From contig OX597821.1 of the NCBI GenBank assembly GCA_951406725.2, positions 19,158,001 to 19,222,000 of the forward strand: 64,000 nt of DNA. The letters run 5' to 3'. This document shows positions 40,126 through 54,407 of the stretch, in pieces. Within the stretch, counting starts at the first letter, position 1. Every line of letters begins with the position of its first letter. Made by a program: the position numbers and the translations under genes. The notes beneath the pieces are model-generated. The model saw nothing but the letters and a program-made list of their open reading frames with translations. It searched no databases and was not told the origin of the DNA. The DNA comes from Octopus vulgaris. Taxonomy: Eukaryota.

Positions 40126-40699
40126 AGTAAAACACTTCCTCTCAAACCATCAAACCATCAAGATATCCCCAGTTCCCATTTCACCATAGAGATAAAGCTC
40201 TCAATGATTGATGATATATAAAGCAATGAAGCAGTGAGATATTTTTGATATCGCCTCACCAGTTTTTCCTTGTAGACTTTATACGTGATATACGACCAAA
40301 CTTAATGGTTTTGCCTCATTAAACACTAATTGAGCACAATTTCACAGAACTACACATTAAAAGAAGATCTACTTGATTTATTCTTAAATCGTTTTCTTCT
40401 TGTTGTTTTCCTTCTTTATTGATTTCTTTTATTCTTTCTCCTTTTTTTACTTTCTGATATATTATTTATTTCCCTTCTCTTTAACTGCCACTCCCTCCCT
40501 TCCTCTCCAGCACTCCTCTCTCTAAAACCCCTCCCACTGAACCCACTTATTACTGTTCTTTCCTTCTGTTTCTTTCTTTTTCTCTCTCACCCTCTTTCTC
40601 ATAACGTTTACTTATTAGCCCTCTATCCTTTCTGTCTGTCTATCTATCTCTGTCTGTCTGTCTGTCTGTCTGTCTTTCTGTCTCTCTCTCTCTCTCTAA

Positions 40700-40748
<49 letters not shown>

Positions 40749-40825
40749 CATCCATCTGTCTCTCTCTTGTTTAGAGTTTTCTTTTATATGGTTTCTTCTT
40801 GCATATTTCATTCGCAAACCTTAGA

Positions 40826-40826
<1 letters not shown>

Positions 40827-40875
<49 letters not shown>

Positions 40876-40889
40876 ACAGCAGCAGCAGC

Positions 40890-40944
<55 letters not shown>

Positions 40945-40958
40945 ACAGCAGCAGCAGC

Positions 40959-40995
<37 letters not shown>
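40827..40995. repeat. (AGT)n with a duplicated GGTGAC(AGC)n interruption
   Basis: Read directly. Confidence 0.85.
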
Positions 40996-41078
40996 TCAAC
41001 AAAAATCACAAATCAATAGTAATTACAGATTTTTTTTCTTAAATATATATTGCTTTCCGCCATCTTTCATATATATAC

Positions 41079-41151
<73 letters not shown>

Positions 41152-41400
41152 TCGTTTGTTGTTTCGTTGTTCTCACAAAAGCTGGTCGTTTTGTAATTGT
41201 AGTTGTTGTGACTGGCCGTTTTAATGTTGTCGGTAGTGGTGATGCTATGCTTGTCTTGTTGATTATGGTTGGGGTTGTTAGTGGTGTTAGTGGTGATTTA
41301 AACTATGATTGTGTTTACTTTATTTCATCTTTTGTTCTGTTGTTCTTGATGTTACATTGTATGATTGTCTTATACATATATACATACACACACATATGTA

Positions 41401-41452
<52 letters not shown>

Positions 41453-41694
41453 TAAATAAAATAAACATATGCATATATATAAACATATATGTACGTACCT
41501 ACCTCTACATGTACATATACACGCATATATGAGTACAGGACACCAAAAGGACGTCGAACACAATGGGAAACGAAAACATAGACACAAACCAAAGGAACTG
41601 GACATTTTTATAAACAACAAAAAAATAGAGTACAGGACAATTAACACAAAGAAAAAACCCCTTCTTCAGTCGCCATGGTTTCATCTACTCTACG

Positions 41695-41755
<61 letters not shown>

Positions 41756-42999
41756 TACATACATATATATATATATAGATATATATAGATCGATATATCT
41801 ACATACATATATATATATATATATATATACAAACACATATATGTGTTTGTGTTTGTTATGAAAGTGCTGTTGCTGTATGCAATGGTCGAGTTGTCTTGCT
41901 TCATGGCATGGTGGCGTTGGAGGTTTTTGTGTTGGTAGAGGAGATGCTTATGAGTTTCCCTCCTCCGTCCGCCAGATATGAGCATTACAATAAACAATAA
42001 ACTATAAGATGAGGAAGAACAACATTCTATTAGTGAAGCCGAATGAAAGCAATGTTTTATTAATAGGGAAAGAGAATTACTTCCTGGAAATTAGTGCTGC
42101 TACTTATTGTTTAATCGTTAACGATTGGGCAATAATTAGGCATCAAACCACCCACCACTACCACCACCTCATTTATGAGCATCTGTGAGTATATATATGT
42201 ATGTATATATATGTGAATGTGTGTGTGTGTGTGTGCGTACGAGTGTGTACTATATATACACAGATGCACAAATACATAAACTCAAATATTTGAGTGTGTG
42301 TATATATGTATATATTTGTAATGCACAAACGATACACAAAGCACTCACATATTCACATACACACACCCACACAGACACACACATAACACACATACACACA
42401 CACGCAAACATATTTATGCCATCTGCAAATGTGTGGGCTTGTCTATGTGTGTATATACACAGGCACGGTTTAAATTCAATGACATCAAATGTTACTTCCG
42501 TTCGCGAAATTTCAGCGTTCATCTTTAATCCCGGTCATAAGCAGATTTTCATTGGTTGGAATAGCGCAAACAGGCTGAATAAGTAGCTACAATACTCTAT
42601 GCAGTATTTACTCCAGAAAACCTAGTAAGATCACAAGACAAAGATATCTCAATGCTTAAATGATTTAGTTCAACCAACGAATTGACATGCTTTACAGGAG
42701 GCATTGTAAAATTGTCTCAGAAGTGCTCGTAACCCCTTGATGGATATCTCAAAAATATTTATCTAAGTTATTTATCTAATTAAGGAGCTTAGAGAAGAAC
42801 TTGAACATTCATTTCCTTCTTCCCTTTCAAGAATGTCATGACAACTGCTATCATCTAAAGCTACGGTTACTTCTATAAACCAATCATTAGTTTTGGTGTA
42901 ACGATTTTATTCCAACTATACAGATATAAGCACCATTTATTTGAGCACGCGGGAATAGCCGAAATTTCCATGACCGTGCTCATACATAGTTAATAGACT

Positions 43000-43185
43000 A
43001 GCAGAATCTTTAGACATGCCGGAGGAAATATCTAGCGGCATTTTTTACGGCTTTACGTTCTGAGTTCAAACTTCTACCGAGGTCTATTTTGCTGTTCATC
43101 ACTGTGAGGTCGATAAAATAAGTACCAGTTGATTTTAAAATAAGTACCAGTTGATTTTACCCCTCCTGCAAGATATCAGGTCTTA
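43000..43185 (+). mobile_element. Diverged SINE of the 51292 family
   Basis: TGAGTTCAAA..CCGAGGTC..GGTCGATAAAATAAGTACCAG. Confidence 0.65.
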
Positions 43186-43354
43186 ATAAAATCAATTATT
43201 GATGGCGATTACCAAATTTTTAGCCAGAATTTTCTACAAGCTGTTTTATTAGAATAGAAAGTTGACTTAGTTGATTGTTAGTCTCAGAAGAATCCGATAC
43301 CAAACGTCTCAAGTACTCATGAAACTAATGTGTCTAATTGTGAGTATCAGTGTG

Positions 43355-43397
<43 letters not shown>

Positions 43398-43445
43398 CGT
43401 GCGTGCCAGTGTACATGTGAAGGCATGATGATAAGAGCGTAGCAA

Positions 43446-43483
<38 letters not shown>

Positions 43484-43491
43484 TGTATATA

Positions 43492-45042
43492 TCTCTTATT
43501 ATAAAAGGCAGATTTTATCTGCCTCCCTTTGGGAGTTATACAAATCTACAATATAGGATTTCTTTAATTACAATTTACCTTGCATTTTTAAGAGTACAAT
43601 GCATTGCGTCATGCCAGGTCCAGTTTTTAAAATTTAAACTCCAATTAAGCAAAATTTACAGAAAACTCACATTCTTGTGTGTGTGTCAAATGCTTTTCTT
43701 AGTCTGGTTTACACCACACGCAAACGCACACACACAGTGGGCAACGAATAAAATGAAAGTAAATAGCGACAGAGTGATTTGAGGAAGCCTAAACTGAAAG
43801 TAATTAAACCACTACTCAAAAAATAAAAAAACACAGCAAACAGAAACAAATAAATACATAACCATTTAGTCCTCACACAATTTCTTCAATTAGAATTTAC
43901 CTAAGATTTTTCAAAGTACTCCATTCGCTCATGCCATAATATATTTCTTTCAATTTCACCCCCAATTAAGACAAAATTCGAGAAAACTCAATATTTTAAC
44001 ATATCACTCCGAAAGCATTGATGTACATGTGTGCTTGCGAGAGTGTGTGTGTGTCATTCCTCACACACACGCATACACATACATATACAACTACATACAA
44101 CTACATACACATACAACTACATACAAACACGTGTGTGTTTGTTATTAGTAAAAAAGGCGCAAAAACACAACTCACTTATCATTCCAACACATTTGCAAAG
44201 ACACACGGAGGACAGAAAAGGTAAATTGGTTTTTATTTTACTCTGTATATATTTTATTATATAATATTATATATAGATATATGTATACATAATTGCAGTA
44301 TGAAACAGTGTTTATGTATAAACAGACGACACTTATATATAGTTACCAAGCCGCCCGAATTTACCTATTCATATTTAAATGAGAATATCAGAGCAAATCT
44401 CTTTAGTACATTCGTGAAAACACGTATTATACTTCGTAAACACTTCAACTACAGTTTTGTACAAAAATCGAAGTGTAATTTTAATTCCGTGAATTATGGG
44501 AGATTTTTTTCCGAAATTTGTTCCTATTGTGTTTTCAAAATTTGTAATTCTGACAAAAAATGGATACGAATTTCATTATATCAAGCAGCGAGTCAGAATT
44601 CGAAGGATTTTCTACTGAAGACCTTCATAAATCTAACTCTATGACTGAAAAAAAAAGCATCTTTATATAAGAGTGAAGTTGTGTGTCTGTCTCCTACGAT
44701 TTCGATTCCTGACTACTCCCACATTTTGCGGTGCAGTTTAACCAAAAGCGGGTATCTTATAGTCGTGATTCATATCGAGCCCTTCTGGGTATTAGCGTGC
44801 GTCTACGATGAGTCTACGATTTAAAAAAAATTTACCATCATATTTTTCCATTTTAATGCATTTTTTTCGCTTTTATATAAGGGAAGTAACTCTCTAAAAA
44901 TATCTACGATGTGTCAACGATTTAAAAAATATTTACCTTAATTTTTTTTCAATTTTTAATGCATTTTTTGGCTATAACTCTCTAAAAATGCTTATATAGT
45001 TATTTCCCTTACAACCCGAGCAACGCCGGGCGATACTGCTAG
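43492..45042 (+). mobile_element. Non-autonomous Helitron with a second internal 5' end at 44660
   Basis: 5' A|TCTCTTATTATAAAAG; 3' hairpin CCCGAGC-AAC-GCCGGG (45015-45030) then CTAG|T; TATACAGTGTA motif on both flanks. Confidence 0.8.
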
Positions 45043-45110
45043 TATGTATATATATATATATACAGTGTATATACAGTGTATATATATATATACAGTGTAT
45101 ATATATACAG

Positions 45111-45159
<49 letters not shown>

Positions 45160-45609
45160 CTATATATATATATATAGTATGTTTGTGTGTACATGTGTAC
45201 GTGAGTGTCTATAAGTGCAAGTGCTGTGAAAGTGTGTATGTGGGTACTTTTTTAGCGAACAGTGTGAAGAATGAATCACTAGCAAAATAACTTTAAGATT
45301 GTGAGGTTTGATATTTTTTCCAGTAAATCCTAGTCATATTTTTTTTTATTGTCGCTGAATTACATACATCCCCACCTAATGCATAATTGCACATATATAC
45401 GCACACGTATGTGTGCATATGTATGCATGTTATTTCATATATATATACACACAAGTATATATTTTATATGTAAATATAAAATGTATAAGTGTATATATGA
45501 TAATTATAAATGACATATATACGATACATAAATAATTATATATGTATATATATATATATATGTACATAGATAATTATATATGTATATATACATACATACA
45601 TACACACAT

Positions 45610-45643
<34 letters not shown>

Positions 45644-46439
45644 GTATATAGATACATGCGTACATACACTCACACATGTTTATATAAATGTATAGTTGGA
45701 TGTATCGTAGACAAATCTACAAATCTACATATATACATATAAATGCATATATTTGTGTATACATACATATGTATTTACATATATGTATATATATATATAT
45801 ATATATGCAAATATATATATATACATATTCATATACACACACACACGTCCATACACATGATGTATTCTGAGCTTTGTATTTACGTTACAAATTTAAAAGC
45901 TTGATGTAAACACAACCACCTGGTGTTCAAATTGGCCAATAAAAAAAGGAGAAAGCGACACTCTAAACAAGTCGAAGTTCACAAAGGTACTTTGCAACAT
46001 TACTTTATACAAGTTTTACATATGAAATATAGAATTTTGAACCATACGTAAGTTCAATGACCCAATGAAAGTGATTATAGACAGATTCACACACGCATGC
46101 GCACTAAAACATCATTAGCAGTTATGTTTGTCTCTGTATGTATATGTGCAAGTTTATATATGTTTATGCATCTGTGTATCCTTTATGTATGTGAAAGGAA
46201 AAGGATATCATCTGCAAAGATGGATAATATTGACCTCAAAATCAATCACGATTTGCGTCAATGTGCATGAGCGAAAACTTATAAACTCTCTTGTACGTCC
46301 ACGAACGTACATATAAATATTTACCTATCCACATATATACATACATACATATACGTATATATGCATGTATATATATATATGCGTGTGTATATATATACAT
46401 ATATATTTACATTTATATATATAAATATATATATATATA

Positions 46440-46664
46440 GTTAATCCAAACATGAAAACATAAAGAGAAAACACAACAACGCGAGGACGTAGAACACATA
46501 TACTATTATTGGACGCTCAGGAAAGGAATGAAAGAAGGAGGATTTAACGTTTCGAGCGGAGCTCTTCGTCAGGAACATAGGAAAAGGAAAGATCCAAGGA
46601 AAGGAAAATGGAAGAAAAAAATCGCCAACGGTACACACGCGGTCACATTTTGAATGTGCCCCGG

Positions 46665-46667
<3 letters not shown>
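46440..46667 (-). mobile_element. Non-autonomous PLE-like element related to HHR family A, between (TA)n tracts
   Basis: Contains an HHR and the shared TTTCCTGAGCG downstream motif. Confidence 0.6.
46542..46576 (-). ncRNA. Minimal hammerhead with intact CUGACGA/GAAA core and weak stem I
   Basis: Reverse complement: GTTC-CTGACGA-A-GAGC(TCC)GCTC-GAAA-CG-TT-AAAT. Confidence 0.65.
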
Positions 46668-46709
<42 letters not shown>

Positions 46710-46801
46710 ATATGTATATATATATGTATGTATATATATATATATATATATACATACACGCACATACACACACATATATATATATACATGAATATACATG
46801 C

Positions 46802-46866
<65 letters not shown>

Positions 46867-47269
46867 AGAGAGAGAGAGAGAGAGAGAGAAAGAGCGATAG
46901 AGAGATATATACTCACACATGTATACAATACATAGATATATGCACATATGTATACATGCTACGATGTGCTATAGAAAATATAAATAGGTTTTTGCAACAC
47001 TGTGAGTGTAGACAGACACAAACAATGTTTGTTTCATGTCTTCAGGAAGAGAGAAAAGGAAATAGCCAGGCCGGTTTCAACCTTGTCAACAGGATCTCGA
47101 TGCCAGCTTGGGAATTGTTAATAAATTTATTATTAATAGGTGCACAGGAGGCAACCCACTGTAAGGGTTGAAACTTTCCACCACATTGCGTTTTTCTGTC
47201 CAGGAATAAATTATAAGAGAGACTTCTTGGTTTACTTCTATCTATAAGCAAAGTTTTGATTAAATATAA

Positions 47270-47632
47270 AAGCATGGCTCTGCGGTTCGAAAGCTCGTTT
47301 AGTAACCCTATCGTTACCTGTTCTGTTCCACTTCACATCATTTGGATAAATGTTTTCTATTAAAGCCCCGAGCCATCCGATACTTCGTGAGTGAATTTGG
47401 AAGTCAAAGTTAGTCGAATAAGTATGGATGTGTGTGAGTGCGAGTGTATGCATGTGTGTTTGTTCCTCACCACTGCTTCACTACTAGTGTTGGTTTGTTT
47501 ACGTTTCACAAGCGATCAATAGAATATGTAACAGTTTATTAAGAAAGAGCACTGGTGTCGGTTTGTTTGGATAAAACCTTCAAAACCGTACTCCAGCATG
47601 TTCCCAATACGGTGGTAGAAACAAGTGAAAGA
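47270..47632 (+). mobile_element. Old diverged GGCGCAGGAGTGG-family SINE
   Basis: GTGAGTGAATTTGG, CTCCAGCATG and GAAACAAGT landmarks occur in order. Confidence 0.6.
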
Positions 47633-48240
47633 AGATATATATACCCTGAGTGGATTTGTATCCTAGACAGCAATTGACAACCAGTCCAAAGGGGGTTCTA
47701 TCTTAGGATATATGTTGATGCAAGTGGGCGATCGTCAGTGTGTATGCATTAAGTATGATTTATAGATGACTATTTAAATTAAACACTGCCTCAATTGCTT
47801 ACACCGTATTCTTAGCTCAGTTGTTGTCATGAAAAATTGATAACCAGATACACACTTCTGTGCATAGTGGGTAAACAACACATCTGTGATACAAACGCGA
47901 AATGTAAAATAATGAGGACAAATACTAGAAGGGTATTGAATCTTGATGCAATCTTTCTGTCCCTTTTGCTCCCTTTTCTCAGTTGGTATTAACATTTTAG
48001 TCATATTTGTACTTAATTTGCATCCTTATTAAATTTATGGTAATGTGGTGTATGGAAATAATAGCAAAAAGAACAATACGAAATATAAGGATAAATATAT
48101 ATTTGCATATTAAAATAATCGCGACAGCTGTGCCTGTGTAAACAATATTTAATTATGCATAAATATATTGACTGGTGCATAGTACTTGCAATGACTCTCC
48201 ACACACACACACATGCGTAGACACCGTGCACAGATGTGTT

Positions 48241-48275
<35 letters not shown>

Positions 48276-48513
48276 CCATACATATGATATATGTATATAT
48301 GTGTGTGTGTGTATATACATATATATACATATGTACATATATACATGTGTATGCATGTGTGTGTATCTCTTTATATGTGCATGTATACATATCTGTATGT
48401 GTGTGTCCATTTGCATAATAGTAACAAGTTTGTGTTTACATATATACATATATATACACAAACATGCAAACGAATACACTTTAATATATATATATATAAA
48501 TCTGAATCTCAGT

Positions 48514-48574
<61 letters not shown>

Positions 48575-49201
48575 CATATATATATATGCGTGTGTGTACG
48601 CATATATATATGTGTGTATCCTAATATCGGCATTATCACATCACATAATAGCGTATAACTAGTGGAAAGAGAAATCCTGATATACGGAAAGATAAACATA
48701 CACACATGCCTTCATTCAAACACAAGCTCACATGAATACAAATATATAACTGAATATAAATACGTACAAGCAGACGTTATGGCGCGCGCACACACACAGT
48801 TGTATATACATACACATAAACACACATGTTTGCATACATATATACATACATACATACATGCATACATAGATGTTAACTATTTGTGTGTGTATGTGTGTTT
48901 GTATGTAAACATGAATCTCTGCCCGTCACAAACAACAATGTGTTTAGAAAATAACTAGAAGGTAGCCATGTTATCTTACTCAATTTACATCAACGCCTGC
49001 GCTGTTGTAACAAGCTAACTGGAACTATCAACTATTGAACCGTGACCAAATGTCCAGGAACATACAAGAGACGGTGTCAAGTGCCAAATTTAGACTAAAT
49101 AAAATGTAATTCAATTGTTCGTCTTTCGTTTCCTTTATTATATTTCTTCGACAATAAATCGATTCAATTCAGAACGATGAGAAATTGAGTTTTAACAACA
49201 T

Positions 49202-49250
<49 letters not shown>

Positions 49251-49442
49251 TAAAATTTCGTATATACGCATGCCCTCCCGTACTCACATTTGGATACGTA
49301 CACAAACACATATACACACCCGCATGTAGCACTTGAATAGTTGTATATGCATTACGTGTGTTCTAGTATTCGTTTTGACCCCTCTCTCTTTCTCCCTCTC
49401 TCATGTTCTAGCATATGTATATACATGTGTGCATATATACAC

Positions 49443-49633
49443 ACACGAAGAGGTATTGAGAAGTTCCTGGCTGTATAGGTATCGCGAAGGGCCAGGTTGG
49501 CTACCCAAACTTCCGAGTCTCCTGAAGGACAGCTGCGATAAATGTGTGAATCTGTGAATGGAATATGTTGAATAAAATCATTATTAACTAATCCTTGAGT
49601 ATTTTCAAAACCAGGAAGTTTTTCCCCTCGTGT
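49443..49633 (+). mobile_element. Mariner-derived MITE
   Basis: Imperfect TIRs ACACGAAGAGG..AAGTTCCTGG and CCAGGAAGTT..CCCCTCGTGT; remnant DKCVNL*MEYVE* resembles the mariner C-terminus. Confidence 0.65.
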
Positions 49634-49878
49634 GTTCTTAATACAATAAATACCAGCTTGGTAGTCAGTAGAAGTAAAAAAAAAACAACTTTACAACTAA
49701 TCTCAATGAAAATATGTAACGGATCAACAGAAATCGGGAAAACGAGTGGAATTTAATATATTATCTAAGCTAAAAAACCGTAGAATAAGGTAACAGATCA
49801 CAATTTCGAATTCTGGTTGGAGCCTCAAATCTCCTCAGCAGGTCTTGAAAAACCGGGAAAATATTCACAAACGCGAAT

Positions 49879-50169
49879 ATGAACTGCAAAAGCAGAAATT
49901 GAATTTACTGCATCAAATGCCCAAATTGTGAAGAAATATATGTAGGTCAGACGGGAAACGCACTATCAGAACGCTCACGTGTACACCGGCAACAGATTAG
50001 AGACCCAGAGGTCCGTCAGATACCTTTGAGTAACCACCTAGCAACATGTGGCCGGAAAATATATATAATATTTCCATTCTACAAATTACACAGCCCAAGT
50101 GAAATCGAGAGGAAAATCAGAGAAAAGAATTTTATTGATAAATTCGAACCCAAGCTAAATAAGCAATAA
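49879..50169 (+). pseudogene. PLE GIY-YIG endonuclease domain (absent from the ORF track)
   Basis: Manual translation: MNCKSRN*IYCIKCPNCEEIYVGQTGNALSERSRVHRQQI...ERKIREKNFIDKFEPKLNKQ*. Confidence 0.85.
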
Positions 50170-50574
50170 TAATAATACTTAGATAGCGGGAAAATTATCT
50201 TATTTAGGGTTAAAAGTTCTATTGCCACCACCATCACCACTAGCAACAATAATTAAGTTGCTGACAATGATGATGATGACAATTGAAATATAAAAATATA
50301 AAAATCTCTGACAAAGGCTATTTAAAACATTTCTAAAAATAGCCAAACAATTACTGCTTCGGCCAGGGTTAAGATACGGGACTTTTGACATGTCCAACAA
50401 AGCGTGATGCCTAAACCAATCCGCTTAAGTAATTGAGTGATACTACTCACTGATTGGTCAGAATACAGTTTGCAAAACCTAGCATCTGGAGCCTACACAG
50501 CTGTATTTAAAGCACAGATTCAATCAACTCGCTACAATCAACAATTGTGAAGCATGACTGTCACCACTACTACA

Positions 50575-50619
50575 TGAACCTGAAGATTGCAGAATTTAAT
50601 GCATGAAAGTACTAGTTCA
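50575..50619 (+). ncRNA. Minimal type-I hammerhead ribozyme, intact CUGAAGA/GAAA core
   Basis: TGAAC-CTGAAGA-T-TGCA(GAATTTAA)TGCA-T-GAAA-GTAC-TA-GTTCA; palindromic AGTACT stem III and CUA site. Confidence 0.75.
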
Positions 50620-50745
50620 ATCAGAATGAACGTTTAACATTCTATTATTTTATTTTATTTTATTATATTATATTATATTATATTATCTTTATCATTATAA
50701 GATTGTAAATAAAACGTGAAAATCAGACAAGGTTCGAATTCCTTT

Positions 50746-50789
<44 letters not shown>

Positions 50790-51190
50790 ATATTAGACAC
50801 ACACGTACACACACAAACAAATACATGCACACTTACACACACACAATCATGCACATGCACACACATATATAAGTACCGTACACATTTGATTACGACTGTC
50901 ATTAGTATAGTTATCGAAGACCTACACTTGTTATTCAGAGTGAAAGAAAACGCCTTGTAACTCACCCCATAGTTAAATGTGCCTTCAAGTATTCACGAGT
51001 AACTGAATGAATGTAATCACACCTTCCATGTATACCGTTTAGAGTTCTCATTGCTCTTGCTAAAACTCTAGCGCGTATGTATCGACTAATATCGCATGAT
51101 CTTAATACAGTCCAGTTCACATATTTATGCTACACGTTGGCAAATTCTAATAAGCATCACTAAATAGCCCTTTGTCCTAAGTACAACTGG

Positions 51191-51269
<79 letters not shown>

Positions 51270-51291
51270 GTCTATCTATATGTCTATCTTC

Positions 51292-51512
51292 TGGCAGAAA
51301 CGTTAGCACGCCGGGCGAAATGCGTAGCCGTATTTCGTCTGCCGTTAAGTTGTGAGTTCAAATTTCGCCGAGGTCGACTTTGCCTTTCATCCTTTCGGGG
51401 GTCGATAAATTAAGTACCACCTAAGCACTGGGGTCGATGCAATCAACTTAATCCGTTTGTCTGTGCTTGTTTGTCCCCTCTGTGTTTAGCTCATTGTGGC
51501 TAGTAAAGAAAT
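51292..51512 (+). mobile_element. SINE of a separate family (diverged copies near 22710, 43000 and 56215)
   Basis: TGGCAGAAACGTTAGC..GAGTTCAAATT (B-box-like)..GAGGTCGACTTTGCCTTTCATCC..GGGGTCGAT. Confidence 0.75.
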
Positions 51513-52017
51513 ATATCTTCCTATCTGTCTGTTTTTCTATCTGTCTATCTGACTGTCTGTCTACCTAAACGCCTTCAGATAACAACACTTGTAACCACAA
51601 CATCAAAATAGTCAAACGTTCGTGACAGAATTTTAGATCTACATCGGTTATGCTAAGAGTATTTATAGCAGGAAATTTAACATCACACTGCCCGTATAGG
51701 CCTTAAGGCTTACCACAAACGACGGCGAAACACTACTGTAACGACTGTAATTTATGCATGCCATCATATGCTTCCTTACTTCTATAGACAACATAGAAGC
51801 AAAGCTTTAAATATATTTAAATTCCAGCTGTTAAGTGTAATGAATATCATGGAGTATGGAAGAAAAACAAATTTAATGTCACTGTCTATTTGATGAGAAT
51901 CGGTGTTTTGTATTATATAGCATTTTTACCAATCACAATTACAGCTCATTCAATGTAGACATGTATTTAATTGTATCGACCCTTTAAATACTATTAATAA
52001 ATGGATCACGTGTGTGA

Positions 52018-52157
<140 letters not shown>

Positions 52158-52229
52158 CATATATATATGTATATATATATATATTGATATATACATACAC
52201 ATATACACACAATCAATCACGCACACTCA

Positions 52230-52315
<86 letters not shown>

Positions 52316-52519
52316 CACGATTTTCGTCGTGTCTCTCGCAGTTTAAAAGCTGAAAACAAGTTTGCTAAACGTGCGCTCTATCGCTCCTACTTTCTGAAAA
52401 CGAGACAGGGAAGATCTATGTCGAATACCAACCAAGAACGTAAAAATGGATGTCAAAGGGAGATAAATCCATAACCGTGGATAAGGGACAACTACAAGTC
52501 CTGTAAACCGGAGCTAGCT

Positions 52520-53960
52520 GGGTTTGGGACTGGTCTAATGCAGAGCTTTAATGACTTATGGGACTTTCACTACGCATGACCCACTACCAAAAACAATATC
52601 TAACTGGGTACTATCGTACCAAAATAGTAATTCCTCATGCTACATAATATGGTTGGATACATATGTATCCTTCCATGTTGCAGTTGGTTATACACTATCC
52701 AACTACGCGAATTATGCTAACTTAACTCTAAATAAGATATACGGTAAGATGCTATGAAGATGTAACACTAAACACTGGATCGAAACTTTAACCCTCCCAT
52801 TGCTAATCCAACATTTTATCAACATGACTTCTCTGAAACTACCCCCACCTGTGCCGTATTTCAAAATAATTTGATTTGTTGCATGTCCCCCGCCACCCCA
52901 CAAAGAGTCCTTTATAATTGATCTCGCAAAAACATTTTTATTTCCATGAAAGGACAACATCTGAATCTGGAAATAAATATTACTTCTTCTTGTTTTGATA
53001 TTTTCTCCTCTTTTCTTCACTTGAGTTTCGAATAAGGAAATCCAGGTTTCAGAAAATACATAAATCTTCTAATCATCTGACAACCCTTTTTGAATATTTT
53101 AAAACTGCTCCCGCTTTACTTTAGTTATATGATAGTGTTAGTTTTTCGGTATCACAGAACCATAACAATAAATTCTCATATAGCAACATCATTATCTTAG
53201 TGAGTATTGTCCTTTAAACAGACTTCTCTGGGTATTTATGATGCAGCAACAGTTAAGATTCTCTTAAGTTTGAAATATTGAACAGAAGCAACTCCATGTT
53301 TTTCACATGTTGTGACAGAAGGAAATTGATGGGCCTCATGGTGAGTGTCCATATAACATGGTAGCGAGTCACATACAACAGCTTACTGTATGTATGTATG
53401 TATGTATGTATGTATGTATGTATGTATGTATGTATGTATGTATGTATGTATGTATTTATGTGTGTATGTATGTATGGATCTATGGATGGATGTATGTATG
53501 CGTGTACATGTGTATGTATGTATGATCTATTTTTAATCATTCAAATTCTTCCTCTGAAGAAGCAGCTGGTTCTTAACAAAATACAAAACTCCATCAATGG
53601 AATGTAGACGAAGAAAACAATGGTGTGATATTTTAAACCTGAAAGAAGTTTTGCACATGTTTTAGTGTTCCGCTTACAGATTATATTTGCAATGGGCGAG
53701 TCACTCAGTTATATGCATCTTTATGGCATTTAACCGTATATATTTACTTTAGAGTTGAATTAACATAATTCTCGTGACTGCATAAATTATACTCAACTGC
53801 AAAATGGTAAGATACATATGTATCCTACCATGGTATGTCGGATGAAGAATTACTATTTAGGCACGATAGTAACTAGTTAGATATTGGTTTGGGTAGTAGT
53901 TAATGCGTAGTTGAAGTCACATCAACCAATAAAGCTTTGCATTAAACCAGTCCAAATTCC
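52520..53960. repeat. Old diverged inverted repeat (about 250-bp arms, 52520-52765 and 53710-53960)
   Basis: Collinear by eye; each arm contains a 28-bp near-palindrome ATGGT..GATACATATGTATC..CCAT (52649-52676 and 53804-53831). Confidence 0.75.
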
Positions 53961-54073
53961 GGAAGGCTGGAAGGTCAGCTGTGATAAACTGGCTTAAGAT
54001 TTCGGATAAGATTTTACCCTAGAAATCTAATCTCCCTAAAACTAATGATTTCTACATTAGATATATAACCACA

Positions 54074-54120
54074 ATTTATGGATTCATTATAGCACAGTCT
54101 GCTGTAATGAATCCATAAAT
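54074..54120. other. 21-bp hairpin with 5-nt loop
   Basis: ATTTATGGATTCATTATAGCA-CAGTC-TGCTGTAATGAATCCATAAAT. Confidence 0.8.
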
Positions 54121-54295
54121 ACATATAAGCATCCAAGGGAATATATTTCCCTCTCTGAAGATATTATGCTAATGTCATATAAATTTGATATTTACTTAAC
54201 ATTTATTGAGTATTAATTGAAACAGATGTAAGGGCTGGTAATTAATTTGTTAATAATAAACTATTATTACCTTCCCAATTTCCGTGTCCTTTTTC

Positions 54296-54407
<112 letters not shown>

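Larger units (their letters stand above)
49800..50748 (+). mobile_element. 5'-truncated Penelope-like element (second family): GIY-YIG, 3' UTR and HHR, ending at (TA)n
   Basis: See ORF remnant 49879-50169 and HHR 50575-50619. Confidence 0.8.

Noticed and set aside
38269-40130. Proline-, threonine- or histidine-rich ORFs resembling formin, mucin or extensin
   Set aside because: All frames of (ACC)n are open, and there are no splice signals or domains I can support.
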